IMG/VR virus record: IMGVR_UViG_3300007770_001239
Location: 9,230-73,229 of that record
Length of the DNA stretch: 64,000 nucleotides
From: a virus
Lineage: Duplodnaviria > Caudoviricetes
Reading direction: 5' to 3' (one strand)
Positions within the stretch are counted from its first letter, which is position 1; every line of letters starts with the position of its first letter. The position numbers and the translations under genes are program-made. Shown here in pieces: positions 45,713-55,396 of this stretch. A model generated the notes under the pieces. The model was not told the origin of the DNA and did not search any database. It was given only the letters and a program-made list of their open reading frames with translations.

Positions 45713-47562
45713 TGGCACGAGGATCCGGAAGAGACGCAATTGCAGACCAGGCTAATCCAACTGCTTCGACTACGCCTGACACTAACGCAACTGCAAGCTC
45801 AACGCAAATATTCAACAGGGCAGTCGTCGTTGAAGTCTTATATGATTTAAGCGTTTTTTCTGAAGAAGACTTCGAAGAGATGAAGGCACTAGTCAGCGCC
45901 CCAGATATGCTGGCCACGGCCCCAAGAAACTCCATTATAGCGAGGGTGATAACGGGTGGCGCAGATAAGAAGACCCCCGAAGCGACCGAGGCTCCAACAG
46001 AAGATGAGCGGCGAGACGCGGAGGAAAACGCTGAGTCGCTTCCCGAGGGCGAGACTGTTGGTAATGTTGGCGTTCTATGTTATCCCTTCTTTCCTCCCCA
46101 CCTATGTTTTCCAGTAAAGCCTGGCGAGCAAGTGTGGGTAGTTCAGGATTCACCCGATAATCCTGCTCAAATTCAGTATTGGATGTGTCGTATTCCTGAA
46201 CCCGCTCATGTGGATGATGTTAATTTCACACATGCCGATCGTAAGTTTGTTGGAAGTTTGGCTCAACCGACCACAAAAGAAAAGGCCGATGCCGCGCAAG
46301 ATTCAGGAACATCTGATACGGGTGAATCATCGACTTCTACCAGCACAGGAGAAGCGAGCAGTCCGCAAGAAAATTTTGATAAAGACGGCGATGGAATGGA
46401 CGATCGTATTTTTGGTTTTCCAAACGGTCCCGGAAAGCCAGACCAATTTACACTCAAAGAGGAATTAGCATATGAAGATCTTGTGAATGTTTCTATTGCT
46501 TACGACCAATTCAAGCGTCAACATGTTCCGCGATTTACCAAGAAGCCTGGTGATTTTGTTATACAGGGATCTCACAATACGTTGATAGCTCTAGGTCAGG
46601 ATCGTGGTTGGGGCTGGATGAAGCGTGAAGATGAACTTGAGCTACCGTGGGACCCGGAATTTTCGAATGCTACTCAAGATGAAGATGTTTTAGAGGAGCG
46701 AAAAGAATACGTTTGGGGTTCGATCGATATTGTTGCAGGTCGTGGTAGGTATGACTGGCGCTACCGTGGGAGAACGGAAGAGAGTCCTCCGATGCTGACC
46801 GCACCTCGATGTATCCTTAACACTCCGATTCCAGAGCACCTGGGTCCCGGACGAGAACCATGGATAGAGGTTAATAAAAATCCCCAAGGAAATGAATCGG
46901 CCGAGTTAAATCGTCTAGACGCTCCTGCAGAGGGTGATCCAGACTTCGCATACGATGCAGCTCGTATCCTGGTAGCGCACGGTAGCGATGTAGACGTAAA
47001 TTTTAATATTGCAACGCCGGGATCGACTATTCCTACGCTTATTGGTCCGGAGGATGGTGATATGACGTTAATCACTAAGGACTATCCATCCTCTGTCGTC
47101 GCAAAGGCAGATGAGATTCGCCTGATAGCCAGAAGTCATGATGCAGATGTTCCAGTGGATGAAGCTCCCGAAATTAACGGCTCTATTAGGATTATAAAAG
47201 AAGGTCTTCCAGATGAAGACCTCGCGTGCTTGTACATGCTATCAGATGGTACCATCCAGATTAGCGGCTCAAAGATTTTTCTTGGACGCCACCCGGATGA
47301 TGGCGGCCTTGGAGAAGATAATTCTGGTCCGGGAGACGGAAGTTCACAGCCGTATGTCAAATATCAGCAGCTTGAAGATTTGCTTAACGCGACAATGAGT
47401 AATATCCAATCTTTTTGTGATACGGTTCTTACTCATGTTACACCCGGATACGGTGCTCCGTCTCCGCAATTAAATAACGCCGTCGCGACCCTAAAAGCAG
47501 ATATGAGCTCTCGAATGGGAGAAATTGAAAATCTAAAATCTGAAAGAATATTTGGTGAATAG
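45712..47562 (+). CDS. Baseplate hub/central spike, gp5/VgrG-like
   Basis: OB-fold-like AVVVEV...YPFFPPHLCFPVKPGEQVWV; GDFVIQGSHNTLIALG; C-terminal IFLG...PYVKY; position upstream of gp25. Confidence 0.6.
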   Translation: MARGSGRDAIADQANPTASTTPDTNATASSTQIFNRAVVVEVLYDLSVFSEEDFEEMKALVSAPDMLATAPRNSIIARVITGGADKKTPEATEAPTEDERRDAEENAESLPEGETVGNVGVLCYPFFPPHLCFPVKPGEQVWVVQDSPDNPAQIQYWMCRIPEPAHVDDVNFTHADRKFVGSLAQPTTKEKADAAQDSGTSDTGESSTSTSTGEASSPQENFDKDGDGMDDRIFGFPNGPGKPDQFTLKEELAYEDLVNVSIAYDQFKRQHVPRFTKKPGDFVIQGSHNTLIALGQDRGWGWMKREDELELPWDPEFSNATQDEDVLEERKEYVWGSIDIVAGRGRYDWRYRGRTEESPPMLTAPRCILNTPIPEHLGPGREPWIEVNKNPQGNESAELNRLDAPAEGDPDFAYDAARILVAHGSDVDVNFNIATPGSTIPTLIGPEDGDMTLITKDYPSSVVAKADEIRLIARSHDADVPVDEAPEINGSIRIIKEGLPDEDLACLYMLSDGTIQISGSKIFLGRHPDDGGLGEDNSGPGDGSSQPYVKYQQLEDLLNATMSNIQSFCDTVLTHVTPGYGAPSPQLNNAVATLKADMSSRMGEIENLKSERIFGE

Positions 47563-47571
47563 GAGGAAATA

Positions 47572-47853
47572 ATGCCATTATCAGCAGCAAAACCATTATT
47601 AGAATTAGAAATATTTGCAGCCCTTGAAAATGCGGGAGGCTCGATCGATGCAGGAGCTGAAGACGGAACAAGCCCAACCGAGATAAACCAGACTCTTGCA
47701 AAAGAGCTGGCAGCCGCTATCCATAATTACACTACCCAAGCAATGGTCACAACGCAAGTGGTGACGGTGCTTGCTGGAGTTGCAATTGGTGCTACAGTTG
47801 CTGGTCCAGTTACTGGAGCAGGGATGGGTTCCGGTACGGGAATGTTAATGTAA
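47572..47853 (+). CDS. Small Gly/Ala-rich protein, candidate spike tip
   Basis: LAKELAAAIHNY..A..GPVTGAGMGSGTG; lies between the gp5-like and gp25-like genes. Confidence 0.45.
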   Translation: MPLSAAKPLLELEIFAALENAGGSIDAGAEDGTSPTEINQTLAKELAAAIHNYTTQAMVTTQVVTVLAGVAIGATVAGPVTGAGMGSGTGMLM

Positions 47854-47907
47854 CTTTTGTTGATTTGTTTAGGGGGTGACTTATCCCATCACTATTTCTC
47901 TAAGCGA

Positions 47908-47917
47908 ATATTTAGTA
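47908..47917 (+). promoter_or_regulatory. Candidate phage late-promoter motif, copy 3
   Basis: ATATTTAGTA 13 nt before the gp25-like ATG. Confidence 0.5.
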
Positions 47918-47930
47918 TGGGTGGTAGATC

Positions 47931-48428
47931 ATGGCTGTATCTAGAAGAGCGAATAACAGGGTTTATAGTTTTAAGTCTGTAGGAACGACGTATGAGTTAC
48001 AACGTGAACTTGATTCTAGATCAACTAGGGCGCCTCCTGTTGGGATAAAAACACCGGTTGCCTTATCGGACTCCGGTTCAGAATTTATTCAAATGCACAC
48101 AACTTTCGCTGATCAGATTCATGATAACCTGATTAATTTAATATTGACCAATCATGGGGAGCGGTTAGGGCAACCTTTATTGGGCGCGAATTTAATGGAG
48201 CTAGCATTCGAAATGCAGACAGACGCAGGTGCATCAGAGGCAATGAGCAGAATAACGATGGCGTGTAATCGCTGGATGCCCTATGTTACACTACTTACAT
48301 TTGAGCCAGTGATAGAGCATTTTGATAATAAACAGGTGGCCAAGGTCGGTGTCAAGCTATCATATAAGGTACCCAAGCTTAAGACGAAAGAGCGTGGGAT
48401 GGAAATATTAATTTATAGCGCGGGATAA
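47931..48428 (+). CDS. Baseplate wedge subunit, gp25/GPW-like
   Basis: NLINLILTNHGERLGQPLLGANL..LAFE...WMPYV. Confidence 0.88.
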   Translation: MAVSRRANNRVYSFKSVGTTYELQRELDSRSTRAPPVGIKTPVALSDSGSEFIQMHTTFADQIHDNLINLILTNHGERLGQPLLGANLMELAFEMQTDAGASEAMSRITMACNRWMPYVTLLTFEPVIEHFDNKQVAKVGVKLSYKVPKLKTKERGMEILIYSAG

Positions 48429-48430
48429 AA

Positions 48431-50275
48431 ATGGCAATAAATGCAAAAAGAAATTTGAAAAATGAAGTAAGACGGAATTACTTGGCAAAAGACTTCTCGT
48501 CTTTTCGTAATGCGCTATACGCACATGCCAAACTATATTTTTCAGATAAAATTCAAGATTTCTCAGATGTAAGTTTGGGTGGATTGCTTTTAGATATGGC
48601 TGCGTTTGTTGGTGATTCGATGTCATTTTATCTAGATCACCAATTTAATGAACTTAATTGGTCTACAGCGATTGAGACTAAAAACATTCAAAAGCACTTA
48701 CGGAATGCGGGTGTAAAAGTTCATGGTGCATCACCATCAGTTGTGATGCTAAAAATATACTTCGAAATTCCTGCTGAAACGATTACAGGTAATACTGCTC
48801 CTAAGGCTGCGCTGCTGCCTAAGGTCGGTGCGCTGTCTACTTTTACCTCTAATGACGGGGTGCCGTTTAACCTCCTGGTAGATCTGGATTTTGCAGAGCA
48901 AGATTCTGAGGGTAGCTATCTTTATGAATCAGTGGTCGTGGAGACGTCTGAGGACGGAACGCCAACTTCTTACGTCGTTATGAGATCCGGTCTTTGTCTT
49001 TCTGGGTTCCGTAAAGAATGGAAGACATCCATCCCAAATGTTCACAAACCATTTAGGACGCTCACGCTACCAGACGAAAATGTCACTGGTATTGTTGATG
49101 TTAAAGATAGCGATGGGAACATATACTACGAGGTTGAATCATTATCTCAAGATACTGTTTTCAGAAAGATTATTAATTTATCGGAAGACAGCGACTCTGT
49201 GGGTTATAATCTTGAAGTAATTCCCGCTCCTTATCGATACATCAAGGCGTATGATTACAACACAAAATTAACAACTATACGATTTGGTTCTGGAAATGCG
49301 AAGACCTTAGATAACGATATCATCCCTGATCCTTCTGAGCTAGCTCTTCCCCTATACGGTAAAAATACATTCGCAAGGTTTACTATAGATCCAAATTCGA
49401 TGTTGCATACCCAGACTTTGGGCATTTCTCCAAGAAATACAACACTCACTATAACGTATAGGGCTGGTGGCGGTCTAAAACATAATGTGGGAAGTGAAAC
49501 GATAAGAACAGTCACCACGTTGTTTCTAACCTTCGCGTCAACCGCATCCGCTTCAGAAGCTGGTCAAGTTCGTGGATCCGTAGACTGCTCAAACCCACTT
49601 CCAGCGCTTGATGGTGATCGTGCCCCAACAATTAATGAATTAAGATCCCTGATTCCTTCAAGCAGGGCAGCACAATCGCGTATTATAACTAAAGAAGATC
49701 TCATTGCAAGAGTCTATACATTACCGAATGAGTTTGGGCGTGTCTACCGTGTAGGTCTCCGGCCCAATCCGATTAATTCTCTAGCATCTCAAATATTCAT
49801 CATCTCTAGAAATAAGAGGAAGAAACTTGCGATGTCTTCTGACACGCTTAAAAAGAATCTTAGAATTTATCTAAACGAGTTTAGAGCAGTAAGCGATGCC
49901 TATGATATTTTAGATGCTAGAATTATTAATTTCGCTGTTAATGTTGATGTTGTGGCACATCCAGACTCGAATAAATCCCAAGTCGCACAAACCATTATAA
50001 CGAATCTCACAGGAATATTACGCACAGAAAATATGCAGATTGATATGCCCGTTGCATATGCTGACATTATAAATGCCGTTCTTAACAGCGAGGGAGTTAT
50101 ATCGATGGTCGAGGTTAAGCTCGTTAATCTGACAGGGCTTGTAGAAGAAAGAGAATACAGCGACGTGTCATTTAGCGTTGAAGGAAACACATTCCAGCAA
50201 ATGGTCGTCGGACCGCCAGGTAGCATATTTGAAATGAAATATCCCAACAAGGATATTGTAGTGACGGTGAGATAA
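48431..50275 (+). CDS. Baseplate wedge protein, T4 gp6/P2 gpJ-like
   Basis: YLAKDFSSFR..LLDMAAFVGDSMSFYLDHQFNE; IRFGSG; YRAGGG; QSRIITKEDL. Confidence 0.85.
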   Translation: MAINAKRNLKNEVRRNYLAKDFSSFRNALYAHAKLYFSDKIQDFSDVSLGGLLLDMAAFVGDSMSFYLDHQFNELNWSTAIETKNIQKHLRNAGVKVHGASPSVVMLKIYFEIPAETITGNTAPKAALLPKVGALSTFTSNDGVPFNLLVDLDFAEQDSEGSYLYESVVVETSEDGTPTSYVVMRSGLCLSGFRKEWKTSIPNVHKPFRTLTLPDENVTGIVDVKDSDGNIYYEVESLSQDTVFRKIINLSEDSDSVGYNLEVIPAPYRYIKAYDYNTKLTTIRFGSGNAKTLDNDIIPDPSELALPLYGKNTFARFTIDPNSMLHTQTLGISPRNTTLTITYRAGGGLKHNVGSETIRTVTTLFLTFASTASASEAGQVRGSVDCSNPLPALDGDRAPTINELRSLIPSSRAAQSRIITKEDLIARVYTLPNEFGRVYRVGLRPNPINSLASQIFIISRNKRKKLAMSSDTLKKNLRIYLNEFRAVSDAYDILDARIINFAVNVDVVAHPDSNKSQVAQTIITNLTGILRTENMQIDMPVAYADIINAVLNSEGVISMVEVKLVNLTGLVEEREYSDVSFSVEGNTFQQMVVGPPGSIFEMKYPNKDIVVTVR

Positions 50276-50279
50276 GTTT

Positions 50280-51836
50280 ATGTTTTATATTCTGACTGCA
50301 AGCGCTGATACGTATATCACAAATAAGGTAATAGATAGCAAGTTCAAGGCGACTGATGGTAACGTTGGACGAGCGGGAACGTTAGACTTATTTAAGCTTT
50401 GGGATGAATCTAGCTATATTTCTGCGTCTACTCGAATTACATCATCAGTTGACGAGCTATCAAGGCTCTTAGTAAAATTTGATTATTCCCCGTTATCGAA
50501 GCTTACGTCTTCATCGCTTGACTTGAATCACCCGTCGTTTAATGCCAAGCTTGAGCTATTTGAAGTTGTTGTTGGTGCACCTGTACCGAAGAATTTTTAT
50601 GTAGTCGGATATCCACTTTCTAGATCATTCGAAGAAGGCTCCGGTAGAAACGTTTCTAATTTTAGTGATGTAGATGCAGCAAATTTTCTGACCGCATCAT
50701 ACGATGGAGATTCTTCGTTGCTTTGGAACACTTCGGGGTCGGGAGCGAGAGGAATATTGGGAGACACTGGGATCGATTATATGATAAGCGGTACCGTCGG
50801 TAGTCAGGTTCTTGACTTCGGGTCAACGCAATATTTCGATGAGGGCCCCGGAAAACTTTCACTTGATGTTACAAAAGTAGTGTCAGCGTCGATAGCTGGA
50901 GTAATTCAAAATCATGGGTGGAGAATTTCTTTCAGTGGATCATCTGAGACTGATAGAAAAACGAGATTTGCGAAACGCTTTGCTTCAAGACATGCAAGAA
51001 ACCCATTGATTACTCCACGGATGATCATCACCTGGGATGATAGTATACAAGACAAACACAGGGGTCTTTTATTCAACGTTTCGTCTAGTTTATTCTTAAA
51101 GAATCTAACTTCCGGTCGTCCGCAGAACCTTGTAAGCGGTTCATCATTAACACAACTAACAGGTCAGAATTGTGTTCTACTTCGCTTTGTATCTTCATCT
51201 GGAGATGTAGCAAGGGAGAAGAATATTTTCGTGACAGCATCCCAGCACACTGGCTCGTCTAATAATGCGGGGATGGTAGGTGTATATTCCGGAACATTCA
51301 ATCTCAATAGATTTGATTCTACATTTTTTCAAACGTTAAAACACAACGATGAACTAGAGCTCCAAGAAATCTGGTCTTCTATAGACAAGACTGTTGGATA
51401 TTACACTGGTTCGATTACGGTAAAGAAAACAGAACGTGCCGTTGGGGGATTCGCGAATAGAAAGCTTCTAATAACTCCTGTTGGCGCTCATTCTGAATAT
51501 GACAAAGACGTGCAGGCAACTATAAGATTCTTTATTGAAGATATTGAGGCGGCCGCTGATACGAAAGCATACAAGCTTCCCAGAAAGCTACAGACGATCA
51601 TCCTTGACGAAGCGTATTATAGAATAAAAGACAGACAGACCGGCACGATTATTGTTCCGTTTGATAAGACAAGACAAAGTACCAGAGTGTCGACGGACGG
51701 CGACGGTATGTTTATACAATTTAGAACATCTGGGTTACCAAAGAATAGACAACTAACCGTTGATCTGCTTATTGTGGATCGAGGAATGGAGCGCTTACTG
51801 AAAATCCCAGAAATTGATTTCCGGGTTACTTCATAA
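50280..51836 (+). CDS. Baseplate-associated structural protein
   Basis: In the baseplate operon; ILTASADTYIT, SRLLVKFD, FASRH..NPLITPRM. Confidence 0.55.
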   Translation: MFYILTASADTYITNKVIDSKFKATDGNVGRAGTLDLFKLWDESSYISASTRITSSVDELSRLLVKFDYSPLSKLTSSSLDLNHPSFNAKLELFEVVVGAPVPKNFYVVGYPLSRSFEEGSGRNVSNFSDVDAANFLTASYDGDSSLLWNTSGSGARGILGDTGIDYMISGTVGSQVLDFGSTQYFDEGPGKLSLDVTKVVSASIAGVIQNHGWRISFSGSSETDRKTRFAKRFASRHARNPLITPRMIITWDDSIQDKHRGLLFNVSSSLFLKNLTSGRPQNLVSGSSLTQLTGQNCVLLRFVSSSGDVAREKNIFVTASQHTGSSNNAGMVGVYSGTFNLNRFDSTFFQTLKHNDELELQEIWSSIDKTVGYYTGSITVKKTERAVGGFANRKLLITPVGAHSEYDKDVQATIRFFIEDIEAAADTKAYKLPRKLQTIILDEAYYRIKDRQTGTIIVPFDKTRQSTRVSTDGDGMFIQFRTSGLPKNRQLTVDLLIVDRGMERLLKIPEIDFRVTS

Positions 51837-54800
51837 TGTCTTCGAAGAAAAGGGTTTTTGAAGGACAAAGGTTATTTACACCTAACGTTGTTAGGCGATT
51901 TACTAATTCTTCTGGTGTCCTAAAGCGTCAAACTCAGGCAGCACTGTCGGGATCAGATGAGCCCATGAGTGTAACAGGATCATTTCGTTTTGATCCGCCT
52001 GGTTCACCGCTAAAATCCACGCAACAACTTCCGTTGAATTTTGATGCCTGGGAAGAGCACACATTTTTCTGTTCCGCAGAAGCAAACGTTAATATCGTTT
52101 TTGAAAAAATTCTGAATCGTTATCCCTTTGACGGCACAAGGGCAGAATTAGACACGTGGCTTGATGAGCTAACGGGTTGGGAGAAATATGTCCTGAATCG
52201 ATACCCTCAGTATACTGGTTATTTAAGCCTGGACGGAAGTAATCAGTATATAAAGGTCGTCGACAAAGCGGGTATTCTCTTCCCTGCTCTTTCAAAAAAT
52301 AAATCAGGAATGACGATCCTTAATCCGGGCTCAAACAGCGTATTCATTGAATTGGATCTCGCCCTAGAGGCGAAAGCTAATAATAACCAATTCATCTTTA
52401 GTCATTTTTCGGGAAGTAACGTTGGCTATGCTGCGTTTATAGAGGCGTCATCGTCGACAGTCAACGCCCCCGTGATCTTCTGTATGTTAAGCGGGTCTAA
52501 TATGCTATCAACTCGTTATTATATGGAGAAGGGAAAGTTCGAGCGATTATCATTTGACTACAACCGCCGCCCTTCATCAAGAAGATTACGAATTCTCAGC
52601 GGCAGCACCGCTGTAGCTCAATCAAGAAGATTCAATTTTAGGGGAATTAATACTGATGGCCATCCCTTCCTAATCGGTTCAGGCTCTGAGATAACGATTG
52701 GTAAGAAGTGGATATTTACACCTGCGAACACGCTTAGCGGTTCTATAAACAAGCTAAGAATATTCAATAAGACTCGAACAAAAAAGCAACTCGATTATTT
52801 TTGTAAGAGAATATTCTTTGCTGGAGACAGTAGTCTATTGCTGAATATGCGATTTAATGAGCCCACAGGATCATATACAAATAACAGCGTTGTTCTAGAT
52901 CACAGCGGAAACAGCCTACACTCTAAGATAACCAATTATTCAACAGTCATCAGATCAGATAAGCAGTATGATTCGTTAATAACGTTTCAATCTGCAATTC
53001 CACATCCCGTCCTTTTTCCAGCATATCCGGATGTTATCACTCTAAACGAGGGTCTCCTCGCTAGCGCTAGCCTGTATGATGCTAATAATCCGAATATGAT
53101 AACCAAGCTAGTACCCCAGCATTATTTTGAGATGGCTGCTCAATCTGACTGGACAGTCGGTGGTGACGCAAACGGGACTTTACTAGATGGTATAACTACT
53201 GTTCCCGAGTCCTCCTCTGGCCCTGGCGGTGCGAGAATGGGACAGCCTCAGATAATTTCGTCTCTACTCTTTATGTGGGCTAGAGAATTCGATGAGCTAA
53301 AACAGATGCTCGATCATGTAAGTGACTTGGTTCATATAGATTATGACAAGCACGAGTCGGTTGCCGATGCCTTTTTGCCATTTTTAGCGAACTATTATGG
53401 GTTCAAGCTCCCGAATATGTACAGAAATGCTACACACAACCAATTATTCTCAGGAGAGGGAGTTGCGGGTGACAATCCTGTCGGAAATCTGCTAGTAGTT
53501 CAGAATGAAATGTGGCGCCGCGTTTTGATTAACTTACGAGAAGTGTTCAGCTCAAAGGGAACAGTTCATGCTATCAAAACATTGTTCCGTGCGTCTGGAA
53601 TTGATCCAGATAGAATGTTTCGATTTATCGAATATGGCGGATCTCCAGCATTTCGACTTGGTTCCTCACGTCAGAAAATAACTGAAATTTCTTCATTGGT
53701 AGATTTTTCAGGTAGCTTTGCTGGATTGATCGGCACAAAAGATCCTCAAGGTCATTATTCAAACCGGCCAACGCTTATATCAACTTATCTTACATCATCT
53801 CGCGTTGAGACAGGTTGGCCGCCCATAGGGGGGACGTTTGTAGATAAAACAATATTCACTCCTTTCGGAATTTCTAATAATGTGAATGATGGTTTATTAA
53901 CGTCGGGTAGTTGGACGCTAGAGGGACGCTACCGATTCCCTGTTACTCGTGACTTCCGAAACCCGCAAAGTTTAATGCGGCTACATTCTACAGGCGCAGC
54001 AGAAAGGACCGGTGCAGCAGCAGCAGAGCAGCCGATGTTTTTGAACGTAATCGCTGATCCAGCGATCAATAAAGTGACGCTTTTTGCCAGACCTGGATTT
54101 GCGAGCACTGACCCTATATTAGAACTCCCACTAACTGGTGTGAACGTATTTACGGGTGATAAGTGGTATATCTCTGTAGGTAGAAAACGAGACGATGAAG
54201 CGGGCGCCTATATTTCTTCAAGTTACTTTTTGAATGTCGCTAGACAGGACAACGGGAACTTGATGGAGTTTTATACAACTTCGTCATTCTTTGCAGAATC
54301 AGCAGCACCCGGTAATAATATCTTCCAAAAAGTAACAGAGGAAAACAAATACGGACCGTTTCTAGTAATTGGAACACAATCTTTGGGGTCTGATTCGTCT
54401 ATACAATATTTGAATAATACAACAGCAGTCACAGCAAGTCTATCAAGAGTTACAGACTTCGGTGGCAGAGCAGGACATTTTAGATTTTTTTCGAAAGCGC
54501 TAACGCGCGCTGAAGTTAAGGAGCATGCTCTGAATTTCACATCTGTGGGAGTTGAGGATCCATTGGTCAATTTTGGTTTTACACCCGACGTAACTGGGTC
54601 CTGGAGTAAGTTAAGGCTAGACCTTTCATGCGATCAATCAGTTACAGCGTCAGACGGCTCTGGTATTTTGACGCTAATTGATTTCTCACAGCAGTCTAAA
54701 AAGTACCGAACCAAAGTCCCAGGTACTCTCTCACCTATCTTGTTTAACACTGCATCTGAATTTGGCGGTTTTCTAAAGGGATTTGAGACAAGCAAGAGCG

Positions 54801-55396
54801 TAATCGTCCCTGAGCGTTTTAACTTTAGCGCGATCTCGTCATACTACGATGAGGTGACGCAAGAAAATAAGGTCAGAGTTGCTGGATTTACAGAGGGCAA
54901 GAATCTTTTTGATATCGGAGGTCGTCCCGCGCCAATATATGAATTACCTCGCGCTCATGAACCAAAGGATGATGCGAGGTTTTCGATTGAATTTTCAGTT
55001 ATGCAAGCCCTCAACGAAGACATCATGAAGATCTTTGCGACGCTGGATTCGTTAGACAACATCATCGGTGCCCCCGAATTAATGTTCGCAGATGACTATC
55101 CAGGATTGGCAGACTTAAGAAAGGTTTATTTCAATCGACTTACAGATACAGTAAATTACAAAAACTTTTTCGATTTTTTCAGGTGGTTAGACGATTCTTT
55201 TGACGTCATGATAGAAAATTTGATCCCAAGAAAAACAAACTATTTGGGTTTCAATTTTATTTTGGAAAGCCATGCTCTTGAGAGGGCAAAATTGGCGTAT
55301 GGGTCAGGAGATGTTTATCTTGGGGAAAGCGCTCGCCGCAACCTAAAGGGAATTATTCTGCTAAGACAGTTGATAGCGGAAATTAGGAAGATATAA
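51836..55396 (+). CDS. Large baseplate wedge protein with P2 gpI-like segment and LamG-like domains
   Basis: AFLPFLANYYGFKL, KGTVHAIKTLF (gpI-like); SGSINKLRIFN, GHFRFF (LamG-like); C-terminal LIPRK...ILESHALER. Confidence 0.65.
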   Translation: MSSKKRVFEGQRLFTPNVVRRFTNSSGVLKRQTQAALSGSDEPMSVTGSFRFDPPGSPLKSTQQLPLNFDAWEEHTFFCSAEANVNIVFEKILNRYPFDGTRAELDTWLDELTGWEKYVLNRYPQYTGYLSLDGSNQYIKVVDKAGILFPALSKNKSGMTILNPGSNSVFIELDLALEAKANNNQFIFSHFSGSNVGYAAFIEASSSTVNAPVIFCMLSGSNMLSTRYYMEKGKFERLSFDYNRRPSSRRLRILSGSTAVAQSRRFNFRGINTDGHPFLIGSGSEITIGKKWIFTPANTLSGSINKLRIFNKTRTKKQLDYFCKRIFFAGDSSLLLNMRFNEPTGSYTNNSVVLDHSGNSLHSKITNYSTVIRSDKQYDSLITFQSAIPHPVLFPAYPDVITLNEGLLASASLYDANNPNMITKLVPQHYFEMAAQSDWTVGGDANGTLLDGITTVPESSSGPGGARMGQPQIISSLLFMWAREFDELKQMLDHVSDLVHIDYDKHESVADAFLPFLANYYGFKLPNMYRNATHNQLFSGEGVAGDNPVGNLLVVQNEMWRRVLINLREVFSSKGTVHAIKTLFRASGIDPDRMFRFIEYGGSPAFRLGSSRQKITEISSLVDFSGSFAGLIGTKDPQGHYSNRPTLISTYLTSSRVETGWPPIGGTFVDKTIFTPFGISNNVNDGLLTSGSWTLEGRYRFPVTRDFRNPQSLMRLHSTGAAERTGAAAAEQPMFLNVIADPAINKVTLFARPGFASTDPILELPLTGVNVFTGDKWYISVGRKRDDEAGAYISSSYFLNVARQDNGNLMEFYTTSSFFAESAAPGNNIFQKVTEENKYGPFLVIGTQSLGSDSSIQYLNNTTAVTASLSRVTDFGGRAGHFRFFSKALTRAEVKEHALNFTSVGVEDPLVNFGFTPDVTGSWSKLRLDLSCDQSVTASDGSGILTLIDFSQQSKKYRTKVPGTLSPILFNTASEFGGFLKGFETSKSVIVPERFNFSAISSYYDEVTQENKVRVAGFTEGKNLFDIGGRPAPIYELPRAHEPKDDARFSIEFSVMQALNEDIMKIFATLDSLDNIIGAPELMFADDYPGLADLRKVYFNRLTDTVNYKNFFDFFRWLDDSFDVMIENLIPRKTNYLGFNFILESHALERAKLAYGSGDVYLGESARRNLKGIILLRQLIAEIRKI

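Noticed and set aside
47854-47930. Possible structured RNA or terminator in the 77-nt gap
   Set aside because: Only a weak GTGA/TCAC stem and no U-tract; kept only for the promoter motif
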